A stretch of DNA of 64,000 bases from Mobula hypostoma (lineage: Eukaryota): positions 4,712,001 through 4,776,000 of the forward strand of contig NC_086098.1 of the NCBI RefSeq assembly GCF_963921235.1. The letters run 5' to 3'. The notes under the pieces were generated by a model. It ran no database searches. It was not told the origin of the DNA and saw only the letters and a program-made list of their open reading frames with translations. The translations under genes were made by a program, and so were the position numbers. Shown here piece by piece: positions 37,405-51,262 of this stretch; within the stretch, counting starts at the first letter, position 1; every line of letters starts with the position of its first letter.

Positions 37405-38125
37405 AATACGCGATCTAGGTGTTCTTGTACATCAGTCACTGAAAGCAAGCATGCAGGTACAGCAGGCAGTGCAGAAAGCTAATGGCATGCTGGCCTTCAT
37501 AACAAGGGGAATTGAGTATAGGAGCAAAGAGGTCCTTCTGCAGCTGTACAGGACCCTGGTGAGACCACACCTGGAGTACTGTGTGCAGTTTTGGTCTCCA
37601 AATTTGAGGAAGGGCATTCTTGCTATTGAGGGAGTGCAGCGTAGGTTCACAAGGTTAATTTCCGGGATGGCAGGACTGTCATATGTTGAAAGATTGGAGT
37701 GACTGGGCTTGTATACTCTGGAATTTAGAAGGATGAGGGGATCTGATTGAAACATATAAGATTATTAAGGGATTGGACATGCTGCAGGCAGGAAGCATAT
37801 TCCCGCTGATGGGTGAGTCCAGAACCAGAGGCCACAGTTTAAAAATAAGGGGTTGGCCATTTAGGACAGAGTTGAGGAAAAACTTTTTCACCCAGAGAGT
37901 GGTGGATATATGGAATGCTCTGCCCCAGAAGGCTGTGGAGGCCAAGTCTCTGGATGCTTTCAAGAAAGAGATGGATAGAGCTCCTAAAGATAGAGGAATC
38001 AAAGGTTATGGGGATAAGGCAGGAACTGGATACTGATTGTGGATGATCAGCCATGATCACAGTGAATGGCGCTGCTGGCTCGAAGGGCCGAACAGCCTAC
38101 TCCTGCACCTATTGTCTATTGTCCA
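37405..38125 (+). mobile_element. CR1 3' fragment inserted in an HE1-like SINE (about 37335-38340)
   Basis: LVRPHLEYCVQFWSP motif and (ctattgt)n tail, with SINE halves on both sides. Confidence 0.85.
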
Positions 38126-38675
38126 TTGAGCCTAGTCACAGGACAATTTACAATCATCAGTTAATCTACCAACCAGAACATCTTTAGGCTATGAAAGGAA
38201 ACCAGAAGACCCGGAGGAAACTCACACACTCACAGGACAGTACGTACAAACTGCTTACAGAGAATGTCAAAAATGAGCTCCAGCCTCCGATGCCCCGAAC
38301 TGTAATAGCATCATTCTAACTGCTGCGTTACCATGGCACCTCACAGTAGGCAATCTATTTGAAGCAATACACATCAGTACTACGAATGACGGCAAACTTA
38401 CAAAGGCTTGTGATAAAATCTGAATATTGCGTTACAATATGAGATCATAACAATCTAATAATCATCTAGAGGTCTCTCTTCCTTACTAACACATGTGTTT
38501 AATGAGGGGCATAGATAGGATAAATCCAAGCGGGCTTTTTCACTGAGGCTGGGTGAGACTACAACCAGAGGTTAGGGGTCTCTATTGTGCCCTATCTTTC
38601 TATCTATTTATTTACAGATACAGGGCAGAATGGGTTCTTCTGGCTCTATGAGCTGCACCACCTGGTAACCCTTGG

Positions 38676-39101
38676 TGTGACGAAGGCCCGTCACTGACTA
38701 CGGACGGCACATGGCGCACTCGGTAAAACGCTCATCCCCAGCAGTAATAGTGACTGGGTCTGAACCAGAGCTGCTGCATGGAGCTGTCTCAGATAGAGGC
38801 AGCGGCAACCTGCACAGGTGTGCTGATGGTGGAGGATACCATCTCTAATTGGATAATTGAGTTAATTAGCTTTTGGTTGGTCTAGGGGGCGGGGCTTAGC
38901 AGTTATAAGCCTCAGGTTACCAAGGCTTTGGGGTTAGTTTTCTTTTGTGTTTAGTTTGAGGGTGGCTATATATATATATTGTTTTTCTTTCCCCCAGTTT
39001 TTGTCTTGTTTTGAGGTAAATAAAAGCACCTCAATTTATTTTTGTGACTCAAGCCATCTGGTTATTTTTCTTAAACAATTGACCCACAGTTTTTTGTGAC
39101 A
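38676..39101 (+). mobile_element. Probable solo LTR inserted in a SINE
   Basis: TGTGAC...GTGACA termini, 426 bp long. GC box gggggcggggc is followed by ttataag and later aataaa. The TSD is not clean. Confidence 0.5.
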
Positions 39102-40074
39102 TGTGGTTTAACTCTAACCTAATCACAGGACAGTAGGCTACAACCTACCTGGTACATCTTTGGACTATGGGAGGAAGCTGGAGCACCTGGAGAAAACCCA
39201 CATATACCACGAGGAGGACATAAGAGGCTGCTGGGGCTGGACTCCAACACCCTGAGCTGTAATGGTGTCGTGCTAACCACTAAGTTAAGGGTGAAAGGTG
39301 AAATATTTGAGGGGAAGCTTCTTCGTCAGAGGGTGGTGAGAGTGTGGAACCAGCTACCAGTGGACACGGGTTTGATTTCAACATTCAAGAGAAATTTGGC
39401 TAGGTACTTGGATGGGAGGGGTATGGAGGGATATGACCCGGGTGCGGACCAATAGAACTAGGTAGAAGAACATTTTGGCACGGACTAGATAGGCTGAAGG
39501 ATCTATTTTGGTGCTGCAGTGCTCTATGACTCTTGTAGCTTCAGGGTGATGTTAGTAGCAGAAATTTTCTGTTTTGATCTGGATATTTTTTGGCAGAAGC
39601 AGGTATCAATCTGAAGAAATTTCAGTGAGGTGGCAACATAACCACCATCTCAGGGCACCAGTGGGTGTCCATTAAATATGGTTTTACCAATACCTTGATT
39701 GTTCATTCCCCTCCATAGATGCTGCCTGACCTGCGGAACATGTTTTCCCTTGTTTGAAAATGAAATGCAGATTATTCATCTGGAGATCCAGAGGCACGAG
39801 GGTGGCCTGATGTCAGACTTCATGTCCAGATGTCTGAATCCAGTGACCTGAGGACAGAGGTCAGGCTGGCAATACTGAGGATGAAGATTAGCGATCCCCG
39901 TGGTCAGCAGGCCCCGAGGACGAGGGCTGGTGTCCCCTAGTGGGAGGTAGTGGAGTAAGATGTGGAAGTGTCTTCTTGTATGTTATCTGTATGTTCATCC
40001 GTTGAACATGATGAACGTGCTACGTTGGTGTTGCCAGCATGGTGACAGTTGTGGGCTGTCCTCAACTGTCATGG

Positions 40075-40598
40075 TGCTCAGTTCTGGTCGCCTCACTACA
40101 GGAAGGATGTGGAAGCCATAGAAAGGGTGCAGAGGAGATTTACAAGGATGTTGCCTGGATTGGGGAGCATGCCTTATGAGAATAGGTTGAGTGAACTCAA
40201 CCTTTTCTCCTTGGAGTGACGGAGGATGAGAGGTGACCTGATAGAGGTGTATAAGATAATGAGAGGCATTGATCGTGTGGATAGTCAGAGGCTTTTTCCC
40301 AGGGCTGAGATAGTTGCCACGAGAGGGCACAGGTTTAAGGTGCTGGGGAGTAGGTACAGAGGAGATGTCAGGAGTAAGTTAGTTTTTTTTTACACAGAGT
40401 GGTGAGTGTGTGGAATGGGCTGCCGGCAACGGTGACTGAGGCGGATACGATAGGGTCTTTTAAGAGATGTTTGGATAGGTACATGGAGCTTAGAAAAATA
40501 GAGGGCTATGGGTAAGTAATTTCTAAGGTAGGGACATGGTCGGCACAACTTTGAGGGCCGAAGGGCCTGTACTGTGCTGTAGGTTTTCTATGTTTTAT
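40075..40598 (+). mobile_element. CR1 3' fragment
   Basis: cagttctggtcgcctcactacaggaaggatg... and tail ttttctatgttttatg. Confidence 0.85.
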
Positions 40599-40669
40599 GT
40601 CATCCACAAACCATGTTTGTTGTTAATGCAAATGACACATTTCATTGTTTGTTTCAATGTACTGTATAT

Positions 40670-43600
40670 AAGACCATAAGACAGAGCAGCAGAATTAGGC
40701 CATTTGGCCCATTGCATCAGCTCCACTATTCAATCATGGCTGATCCTTCTCTCCCCTCCTCAGCCCAAATCCTGCACATCTCTCTGGCCTTCTTCCCATA
40801 ACCTTTGATGCCGTGTCCAATCAAGAACCTGTCAGTTCCTGCCTTAAATATATCCAACCACTTGGCCTCCACAGCTGACTGGGGTAACAAATTCCACAAA
40901 TTCACAAATGCTGAAGAAATTTCTCTGCATCTGTTTTAAATAAATGCTCCTCTATTCCGAGGCTGTGTCCTCTTGTCCTAGACTCCCCCACCATGGGAAA
41001 CATCCTTTCCGCATCTACTCTGTCTAGACCTTTCAACATTCAAAAAGGTTTCAATGAGATCCCCGCCATCCTTTTGAATTCCAGTGAGTACAGACCCAGA
41101 GCCAACAAACGTTTCTCATATGATAACCCTTTCATTCCCGAAATTGTCCTTGTGAATTGCCTCAGGGACCCTCTCCAATGCCAGCACATTTTATCTTAGA
41201 TGAGGAGTCCAAGACTGTTCGCAATACTCAAGGTGAAGCCTCACCAGTGTCTTATAAAGTCTCAGCATCACATCCCTGATCTTGTATCCCAGACCTCTTG
41301 AAATGAATGCTAACATTGCATTTGCCTTCCTCACCACTGACTCAACCTGCAAGTTAATCTTTAGGGTGTTCTGCCCAAGGATTCCCAAGTCCCTTTGTAT
41401 CTCTGGTTTTTGCATTTTCTACCTATTTAGAAAATCGTCTGCACATTTTTTTCTTCTACCAAAGTGCAGAGCCATACATTTTCCAACATTGCATTTAATT
41501 TTCCACTTTCTTGCCCATTCTCCTAGTCTGTCCAAGTTCTTCTGCAGCCTGCCTATTTCCCCAACACTACCTGCCCCTCCACCAATCTTCATATCATCTG
41601 CAAACTTGGCAACAAAGCCATCTATTCCATCATCTAAATCACTTATATACAGCATAAAAAGAATCGATCCCACACTGACCACTAAGGAACACCACTTAGG
41701 TGGAAAAAGATCCTTTTATTCCCACTCACTGCCTCCTACCAATCAGCCAATGCTCTAACCATGCTAGTAACTTCCCTGTAATACCATGGGCTCTTAACTA
41801 GGTAAACAGCCTCACGTTTGGTACCTTGTCAAATGCCTTCTGGAAGTCCAGATATAGAATATTCACTGCATCCCCTTTATCTATACTACAAATGTACTTG
41901 TAATCTCCTCAAAGAATTCCAAAGGTACATCAGGGAAGATTTTCCCTTAAGGAAACCATGCTGACTTTGTCCTGTGTACCAATTACTCCATAACCTCATC
42001 CTTAACAATTGACTCCAACATCTTCCCGACCACTGAGGTCAGGCTAACTGGTCTATAACTTCCTTTTTGCTGCCTTCCTCCTTTCTTAAAGAGTGGAGTG
42101 ACATTTGCAAATTCCAGTCCTCTGACGTCATGATTCCAAATATTTTGAAAGATCATTTCAAATGCCTCCACAATCTCTACTGTTACCTCTTTCAGAACCC
42201 TGGGGTGCAGTTCACCTGGTCCGGGTGACTTATCCTTAGTTTTTTCAGCTTTTTGAGCACCTTCTCTCTTGCAATAGTGACTGCACTGACTTCTCTTCCC
42301 TCACACCCTTCAACATCTGGCACACTGCTGGTGCCTTCCACAGTGAAGACTGATACAAAGTACTAATTTAGTTCATCAGCCATCTCCTTGTCCCCTTATT
42401 ATTTCTCTGGCCACATAGCGGTCCTATGTCCACTCACATCTCTCTTCTTTTACACACTTGGAAAAGCTTTGACTATCCACTTTGATATTGTTTGCTAGCT
42501 TGTTTTCATATTTCATTGTTTCCCTCCTAATGATTCTTTCAGTAGGTTTTTAAAAGCTTCCCAAACCTCAATTTTCATGCTAATTTTTGCATTGTTTAAT
42601 GCACTCTTTTTTGCTATTACATTAGCTTTGACTCCCTTTGACAGCCATGATCGTACGAGTTTGCCATTTGAGTATTTCTTCATTTTTGGAATACATCTAT
42701 CATGCACCTTCCTCATTTTCCTAGAAACTCACACTGTCATCCCTGCCAGCAGCATCTCCTTCCAATTTACTTTGACCAACTCCTCCCTCATAACATTGTA
42801 ATTTCCTTTACTCCACTGAAATACTGCTATCAGATTTTGGTATATCAGCTACTATCTCCCTATCAAATTTCATGTTGAACTCAATCATATTGTGATCACT
42901 GGCTCCTAAGGATTCTTTTGCCTTAAGCTCCTTAATCACCTCTGGTTGATTACCAATCCAGTATAGCTGATCCCTAGTAGGCTTAATGACAAACTACTCT
43001 AAAAAGCCATCTTTAGGCATTCAACAAACTCAATCTCTTGAGATTCATTACCAACCTGATTTTCCCAATTGACCTGCATGTTGAAATCTCATAACATTGC
43101 CCTTTTGACACAGATTTTTTCTTTCCTGTTGTAATCTGTGGTCTGCATCCCAGCCTGTAAATAATTCCCATCAGGTTCCCATCAGGGTCCTTTTACCCTT
43201 GCAGTTTCCAAACTCAACCCACAATGATTCAGCATCTTTTGATCCTCCACCACATTGTTCTACTGGTTTGACACCAGTTTTTACTGGCTGAGTCACACCA
43301 ACCCTTCTGCCTACCTTCCTATCCCTCTGATACGTGTAACCCTGAACAATCATCCTTCAGCCATGGACCAGTGATGGTCACAACATCATACCCAACAATC
43401 TGTAAAAGTGCAATAAGATCATCCACCTTTTTTCTTGTACTCTGTGCATTGAGATATTACACTTTGAATACTGTATTTGCTATCCTTTTTGATTCTGCAT
43501 CCCTAATGCACTGATACTCACCCTGCTGGCTGCAATTTTGTCCTATTATCTAACTGCCCTTCCTGACAGTCTGACTGCATGTCGTCTTTGCTTGTTTACT

Positions 43601-44485
43601 GTCCTGAGTCCCTTCATTCCAGTTCTCACCCACTTGCCAAATTGGATTAAACCCTCCCCAACAGCTCTAACAAACCTGTCAGTGAGAATATTGGCCCTCC
43701 TTGGGTTCAAATGTAACCAATCCCTTCTGTACAGGCCATATCTCTCCTAGAAGAGATCCCAATGATCCAGGAACCTGAAGCCTTGTCCCCTGCACTGGCT
43801 TCTCAGCCACGCAGTTATCTGCCAGATCATGCTACTTCTACCCTCACTGGCAACAATAGAGAAATTATCACCTTGAGGTCCTGCTTCTCAGCCTTCTGAC
43901 TAGCTCTTTAAATTCTCTTTTCCCGACCTCTTTGCTTTTCCTTCCTATGTCATTGGTACTAATATGTACCAAGACATCCAGCTGCTGTCAGTCTCCTCCA
44001 AAGTGCTGAGGATGAAACATCTCTGACCCTGGCACGTGGGAGACAACATACCATCCGGGAGTCCCGTTCACGTCCACAGAATCTCCTGTCTGTTCCCCTG
44101 ACTATTGAGTCCAGTATCACTACCACTCCTCTCTTCTCCCTCTTTCCCTTCTGCATGACGGACCCACGCTCAGTGCCTGTAACCCTGTCTCCGTGGAATT
44201 CTCCTGGGAGGTCATCCCCCACAAAAGTACCCAAAGTGATATACTTCTTTTTGAGTGGAATGCCACAGGGGTGCTCTGCTCTAACGGCCTATTTCCATTT
44301 CTCCTGACGGTCACCCAGCTACTCACCTCCTGCAACTTCGGGGTGACTACTTCCCTGTAACTTCGATCAATTATCTCCTCGCTCTCCCGTACAAGCCAAA
44401 GGTCATCCAGCTGCTGCTCCAGATCCCTAACGCGGTCTTCAAGGAGCTGCAGCCGGATGCATTTCATGCAGATGTAGTTCCCCGG
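40670..44485 (-). mobile_element. Old near full-length CR1 (ORF1 plus ORF2 remnants)
   Basis: ORF1 CIRLQLLEDRVRDLE and DSIVRGTDRRFCG...VCCLPRARV. ORF2 NVTPLFKKG...YRPVSLTS and KFADD. Confidence 0.85.
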
Positions 44486-44549
44486 GAGTAGATGTGACTA
44501 ATAAATCTAATGGCATGTTTAACTGTTGTAGGATAGATGGAGGGCAAAT

Positions 44550-46220
44550 TTATAAATAATAATTTATGGAGCACTTTTCATACAGCTGATGTCGCTCAAA
44601 GTGCTTCACAATGGGATAAAGTGCAAACGTGGAAACAAAAGACAAAAATATGTTAGTTAAAAGGAATATTAAATAGGTTTTGAGCTGGCATTTAAAAGTG
44701 TCAGCTGGGCTTCCATCCCTCAGAGTTTTTGGTATTCAGTTCCACAGTTTTGGAGCGTAGTTCAAAAAGCTGACCTTCCAATTATCTGTTGAGGGAGATC
44801 ATTTAAATTTAAGAGAGTGACAGAAAAAGAACTGAGAGCTCAAGCAAGTTTGTGAAATGAAAGCAATTCTGTGATGTTCTCCAGTCCCTGACCATTGAGA
44901 GGTTTAAAAAGCTTAGGGAGAAGTGGTAATTTGCAGCTTGGCTAAGAGGAGATCTATGACTGAGGGCAATATCACGGCAATGACAGACTGCTTCAACGAA
45001 AGGACCCTGAGTGCTCAGCATATTTCACAGAAAGATAAGCACTGCAGATTTCCATAGCAACACCAGTAAGTGGAATGGAAGTAAAACAAAATGCTTAATA
45101 GGAGACTTGTTCAGCTGCACAGAGGACGAGAGTAGCTGCTCTTGTTGTCTGGCTAGCACAATGATTTTAAAAAATGCTGATTTAGTTCAGGGCACACAAG
45201 GGTAATTTTAATTAAACAATAGAACATCAGGAAGTTTTTGATGAGAACAGGCCCAACAAAGCTTGCCAAATTCCATTTCACATAGTGTGTTGAAATAACT
45301 ATCGAGTGTAGATTTGCAAGTCTCTAAGGTACTACTCTCAAATACACAACTAGGTAGCTTGTTCCATGTGTCCACAACTCACTGTGTAATGAAGTGCTTC
45401 CTGATGTTAGTCTGAAATCTCCCCTTAACCAGTTTCCACTTGTGGCCCCAAGTCCTTGCTGATGGATTAATTTTGAAGTAGTAGCTGGCATCCACCTTAC
45501 TTATACCCTTAATGATTTTGAACACTTCTATCGCGCCTCCTCTCATTCTACATCTACTCATGCTAAAAAGATTTAATTCTTTCAATCTTTCTTCATAGCT
45601 CATGCCCTGCAGACCTGGAATGAGTCTCATCACCCTTCCCTGGACTCCCCAGTCCCTTCACATCCCTCACACGATATGGAGACCCAAATGATACACAGTA
45701 CTCAAGGTGTGGCCTCAAGTGCATTATAAAGCTTAACAAGAGCATCTCTAGACTTGAAATCATTGAGCGCATTATAGAGCCAGACATTCTATTAGCCTTC
45801 CTAATCACTTCTGTGCATCGTCTAGATGTTGAGAGAGATGAGTCTACCGGGACGCCCAAATCCTTCTCATGCAGTGCACTTTCTAAGTCAAGACCCCCCC
45901 CCCACATATATTTATATCTAATGTTTCTACTTCCTACATGTAATATCTTACATTTACTTACTTTATAGTTCATCTGTCATTTATTTGCCTACATCTGGAT
46001 TTTGTTTAGATTTGTGTTGATTCTGCTGCCTGAATGTTATCAGCCTGTCCCCTAATTTTGCGTCATCAGCACATTTACTAGTTTATTTGTTATGCGCTTA
46101 TCCAAATTATTAATGTAAATTAAAAACAGCAGCAGCTGCGATCACTGCGGAACCCCAGTTTTAACATCTTCTAGGTGTGAAATCAATCTTCTCACCATAA
46201 CTCATTGTTTTCTGTTTTTT
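44550..46220 (-). mobile_element. Old L2-like 3' fragment (about 44550-45215) and divergent CR1 fragment (about 45215-46220)
   Basis: L2-like terminal motif gcacttttcatacagc...aaagtgcttcaca. CR1 motifs RPHLEYC and SYEERLKELNLFS. Confidence 0.6.
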
Positions 46221-46844
46221 GGGGTCGATTCTGCTCAATTCAATTGAAATTCTTAGACTAAAGAACAGCATTGTTTGTCACATGTACATCGAAACAAGCT
46301 GTGAAATGCTCTGTTTGCATCAATGGCCAACACGGTCTGTGGATAGTGCTGGGGGCTGCCCACAAGTACCGCTAATCTTCCAGTGACAAATCGATCAATA
46401 ACTAATCATTTTCTAGGAGCCAGCACTTTACCCCATCCCCTGAAATGAACTCTTCATCTGAGCCAGCGCCGAGCATGCGTCACCATGAACAGGCACCTTT
46501 TTAAGACATCCCAGTGGCAGGAATTGAGCCCAGGGACGCGGGAGAGGTAGAGGAGCAGCCTTCAAAAGAACAGTTGCCTGGGCTCGGCTTGGAGTGGCGG
46601 TTGCTGGCACTGGACTGTGATTGGTGTGGGGATGTTGGCAAGAAGTGTAGGTTCAAATAGTGCAGAGGATCTGGTAAAGGAACCGGAAATGGAGGGTTCA
46701 GGAGATTGCCGGTTGGCAGTGGGAGGTTGGAATGAAATTGAATTTAGATCTGGAAAGCAGAAAAAGAAACATAATATTGGACTGATTTCTAGTGATGGAG
46801 AGGAATGGCAGGATTTTTTGAAATAAAGGAAGGAAGACATTAAG

Positions 46845-47030
46845 CAACACACACAAAATGCTGGAGGAGCTCAGCAGGCCAGGCAGCACCTATGGAAAAA
46901 AAGTACAGTCGACGTTCGGGCCAAAACATCAGTTGTACTTTTTCCGTAGATGCTGCTTGGCCTGCTGAGTTCCTCCATCATTTTGGTGTGTGTTGCTCAG
47001 ATTTCCAGCTTCTGCAGATTTTTTCTTGTT
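46845..47030. repeat. Fold-back Penelope-like terminal repeat insertion with 15-bp TSD
   Basis: TSD aaggaagacattaag at 46830-46844 and 47031-47045. Inverted arms of about 75 bp are centred on cgggcc near 46917-46922. Confidence 0.8.
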
Positions 47031-47759
47031 AAGGAAGACATTAAGGTATTATTTAAATTTGTACCGGAACAACCTTCTTCCATAAATCCAGTTAACTAGA
47101 GGGCTGAAATCTGCTATAGGGAATATAGATTGTCTTTGTACTTTGAGATGAGGGAATATGTTAATTGTTTGTCAGGATAAGAAACAGTGTGAGAAGGCAT
47201 TATGTTTGAAGCCTTCATTAGGCAAAAAGATAGTATCTATGTTGCTTTATGAAATTAGACATACACAGGGCTGACACTGAGTTGGTACTTATTACAATAG
47301 CACCACCAAGAAATTAACTGAAATTTGACATACAAATTGCAGCTGCTTTTCTTTCTCTGGGTAGTTTTGAATACAGCTTGTTTCTCCAGTTGATCTAGTG
47401 AAACAGCGCCCCCAATTACCATAGCACCCACGCAGCAATAAAGTTATAAACTCTGTCAGATCCACTCTACACTTCTGCTTATTCATTCGTTGTCAATGTC
47501 TTGCCGTTGCTGTCCTCAGATCAGTTAAGCTGATCTAAGATCATTTAAGGTGGTGATGTCACTCACTCTCACTCACTCACACGAGAGATTGATAGTATAC
47601 ATCCAGGCGCAGGTCCATGGTCTCCCAAGACTAATGGATGTCACATGAGCACATTGTGCTTTTACAAGCTACCGTGGGACTGGCACGTGCATTATCTTGG
47701 CCAGCGTGAAAAACGGATCGATTTTTAGGCAGAAAACGACCTCATCCAGAGGAATCAGT

Positions 47760-49150
47760 GGTGTCCCAGCCTGAGCCTGTCTTAATTGAAAGTGACATGC
47801 TTGATAAAGGACATGCAAAGATTGTCCAAGAAAATGGTGAGTATATGAGAGCAGTGGTTGAGTCTCTACGCTATACTGCGTGCCAAGGCATTGCCCAGTG
47901 AGGACATTGGGAGGATGACGGGTCTGGCAATAGGGGAAACTTCGTTGAGTTGCTCAGTGTAATTGGGCAGTTTGATAAGACTGTAACTAAAAAAATAGAG
48001 GACAATCCTGGAAATACAAAAAACACCCACCACGATATCCAAAATGAAATTATGGGTGTTATGGCAGATATGGGCTGATGTCAAATAAGTGCAGAAATCA
48101 AGGAGGCTGGATATTTTGCCATCATGGTGGATGAAAGTAAAGACTTGAGTAAAAAGGAGGAAATATCAGTGGTGGTGCGGTATTTGAATAACGAAACAGT
48201 GCTTGAAGAATTCTTGCACTTCACTCCAGCAGAAGGGTTGGACGCAGAGTCTCTTCTTAAAAGCATTGAACAGACACTCGCCCAGTGTGTTATTGATAAG
48301 AACGCGTGTATAGGTCAGTGTTATGACGGAGCGGCAGTGATGTCCGGGTGCAATAACGGGTTACAAGAGAGGTTCAGGAAAGAGGTCCCGCAGGCATTAT
48401 ATACACTGCTATGCTCACAGACTTAACATTGTTTTAGTGGATGTTGTGAGCAATGTACCACAAGCGGGGGAGTTTTTTGAAACTGCGCAGCTGCTTTTTT
48501 TAAAATTTGGGTCAATACTAATGCCAATTATTATTATTATTTTGTGGTGGATACCCCATAGTCCTTATGTTTCCTGCAAATCCTAAAATATTACATTTAC
48601 TGCTATTAAGTCTACTGGTTTTGCTTAGACTTCCAAGTGGTTATTCTGTTGATTTTTGTTTTAAATTCAGTAGCTGAATTAATTGAGGTATTGCATGGTC
48701 TGAGTACGATTTGTCCAACTCCTGGTAAAGCCTTGCATCTGTTGTTTGCCTTATTTGACTTTAATAACAGTGTATCTTTTGGCATTGTCTGTCATGTAAT
48801 GTGAATATTGTGGATTAGTGATTGTGGCATCGTGGATTAGAGTTAAGATTTTCAGTTGAAAAGCACGCATTTGACGCTGATTGCAGGATTGGTGCGTGAT
48901 TCACATTGTGCGCTGTGGGTCGGATGCTCTGTTGGTTTGTTTATGCTCTGTGTAGCCCGGGTTGTCTCCGATGCCTATGACACTGTCACAGTTCACTTCT
49001 ATATTATACAATTGCATGTGAATCAACAGAGGCATTTATAGAAGGCACATAATGCTTGAAACTGACTTTTGAACGCCACGCGTCTGGCCTTGCGAATACA
49101 TATTACCACACAGCACATCCCTCAGCACCAACACTGAATAATTCAGCCCC
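47760..49150 (+). mobile_element. hAT-superfamily transposase relic (ZMYM1/DUF4371-like)
   Basis: NRGNFVELL, HHDIQNEI, MVDESKDLSKKEEISVVVRY and CIGQCYDGAAVMSG motifs at about 47840-48500, with stops and frameshifts. Termini not confirmed. Confidence 0.8.
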
Positions 49151-50562
49151 ACTGTAGCACCAGCAAGAAAACATCTCTGGGCACAGTTTTAGGGTGTCAT
49201 TGCGGGTGTTCTGGTGGAGATTTCAATAGGAGAGGGTGAAACTCATTTATTGGGAGGTAAGGTTAAGGAGGTAAACAGATGGTGAGCAGTTGGAAAAGGG
49301 GAAAGGACGGATAGTTGATCTGTATTGATTTATTTTGTTGCGGCAAGCTCCCTGATAAAGTTAGTTTCGAGTATGTTGGTTATAATGTACGAGCCTATAT
49401 TGCACTTCTGCTTAGATATTATAAGTGTCAGGGATTTGGGCATGTTGTGGCAGTATACCATGGGAAGCCAAGGCGTAGTAAGAGTGTGTGTGCTGGGGAA
49501 TGTAAGTATGAAGATTGGGAAGAAGGCGTAAAGTTTAACTGTTGGAATTGTGGAGGAGAACATAGAGCAGTTTATAGAGGATGTGAAATGCTGAAGTTCA
49601 AAAGGTTAAAGTACAGTTAAGTGTGTCTTATGCAGAGGCCATGCAAAAGCCAAAAAGTTAAACTGAATGTTGGTGAAGCATTACCAGTCAAACGAAGGTT
49701 GTGACGTTTACAACAGATGTGTTGAATTGTACTGCTCAGACATCTAATTGTACTGAGAAAACTAAAATGATTTTGAAAACTGCTGAAAAGTATTTTGGAA
49801 TAACTGGTGTTATGTGGGAAGCTGTAAGTGAGGCTGTGATAGGTGGGGTATCTTTATTTCAGTCGACTTGTGAAAGTACGTAATGGCATTAAAAATATTG
49901 CAGTGGAAGACTGATTTCTAATGGTCAAGACTTTAAGAAGTTGATTTCTGATCTGTCAAATCCTCCCAATGTTATACACTGTATATTCAGGAAACCTGGT
50001 TGTTACCACATTCAAGTTTTTCTTTGCAGGATTATATTGTAATTAGGTGTGATAGGTTGGTTGATAGAGGGAGTGGTATTACCAGTTTTATAAGGAAAGG
50101 GATAGGATCGAGTTGTGGATAGGCTTACTTGTAGTAGAAATATTTGATTCACAGGTAGGGGTATTAAAATGGTAAATTGTTATAACCCTCGTGGAAAGCT
50201 CTCAATGTATTTGTTCAAACGTATATGTAGCTGAAGCTCACCAAGGGTTGTATGGTGTGGGGTTATTCGCAGAATGATGGTAATGGTTTGATTGTAGAAG
50301 AATTTTTAAATATTTCACATCTTGTCTGTCTTTATGATGGGAGAGGTCTGAGATTTGATGTTCATAATAATTCTGAAACTCCGATAGATTTAACTTTCGT
50401 TTCGAATATTCTGGCTGGAGACAGTGTGTGGGATGTTAGGGGAGATGAAACATTGGGGACTGATCATTTTCCTGTCTTTATAAGCTTGGGCTTGGATTTA
50501 TATCAGGGACAGGAGGCCACCTTTAGGAAATGGAATTTTGGTAAAGCAAATTGGGAGTAGTT

Positions 50563-50863
50563 GAGAGGGCATGACTTAAGGATTGAAGGGCTCCCATTCA
50601 GAACAGAGATGCGAAGACATTTTTTTTTAGCCAGAAGGCGGTGAATCTATGGAATTTGTTGCCATGGGCAGCAGTGGAGGCCAAGTCATTGGGTGTATTG
50701 AAGGCAGAGATTGACAGGTATCTGAGTAGCCAGGGCATCAAAGATTATGGTGAGAAGGCGGGGGAGTGGGACTAAGTGGGAGAATGGATCAGCTCATGAT
50801 AAAATGGCAGAGCAGACTCGATGGGCCGAATGGTCTACTTCTGCTCCTTTATCTTGTGGTCTT
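50563..50863 (+). mobile_element. CR1 3' end, closely similar to the inverted copy at 31016-31320
   Basis: Direct comparison of gagagggcatgact...cttgtggtct with the reverse complement of 31016-31320. Confidence 0.85.
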
Positions 50864-51224
50864 AGTTTAATGTTTTACATGATGCATGATGAAGGGCTGA
50901 ATGTTGAGGATAATGTGGATTTTTTTAATGAAAGGTTATGTCACATTATTCATCAAACTGCATTGGAAGTAATTCCTATTTGAAAGGGCATTAGGAGGAC
51001 AAAAGGCTGTACCGTGGTGTAGTGACAAGTATGCAGAGGCAGTTATGGAGAGAAACAAGGAGTGTAGGGAAGTTCAGAAGTATCACTCACCAAGTGACCT
51101 TATTATGTATAAAAGGGCACAGGCCATGGTGAAGGTTGTGAAAAAGGTTTACTGGAGTTTAAGCAACACACGTCAAAGTTGCTGGTGACCGCAGCAGGCC
51201 AGGCAGCATCTCTAGGAAGAGGTG

Positions 51225-51262
51225 CAGTCGATGTTTCGGGCCGAGACCCTTCGTCAGGACTG
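51225..51262 (-). ncRNA. Minimal type I hammerhead motif in a Penelope-like terminal-repeat fragment (51162-51258)
   Basis: Minus strand: CAGUC-CUGACGA-agggucucggccc-GAAAC-AUC-GACUG. The fragment is flanked by TSD actggagttta (51151-51161, 51259-51269). AUC instead of GUC is probably CpG decay. Confidence 0.7.

Noticed and set aside
47757..49154. cagtgg...ccactg as hAT terminal inverted repeats
   Set aside because: Only 6 bp match and there is no 8-bp TSD.
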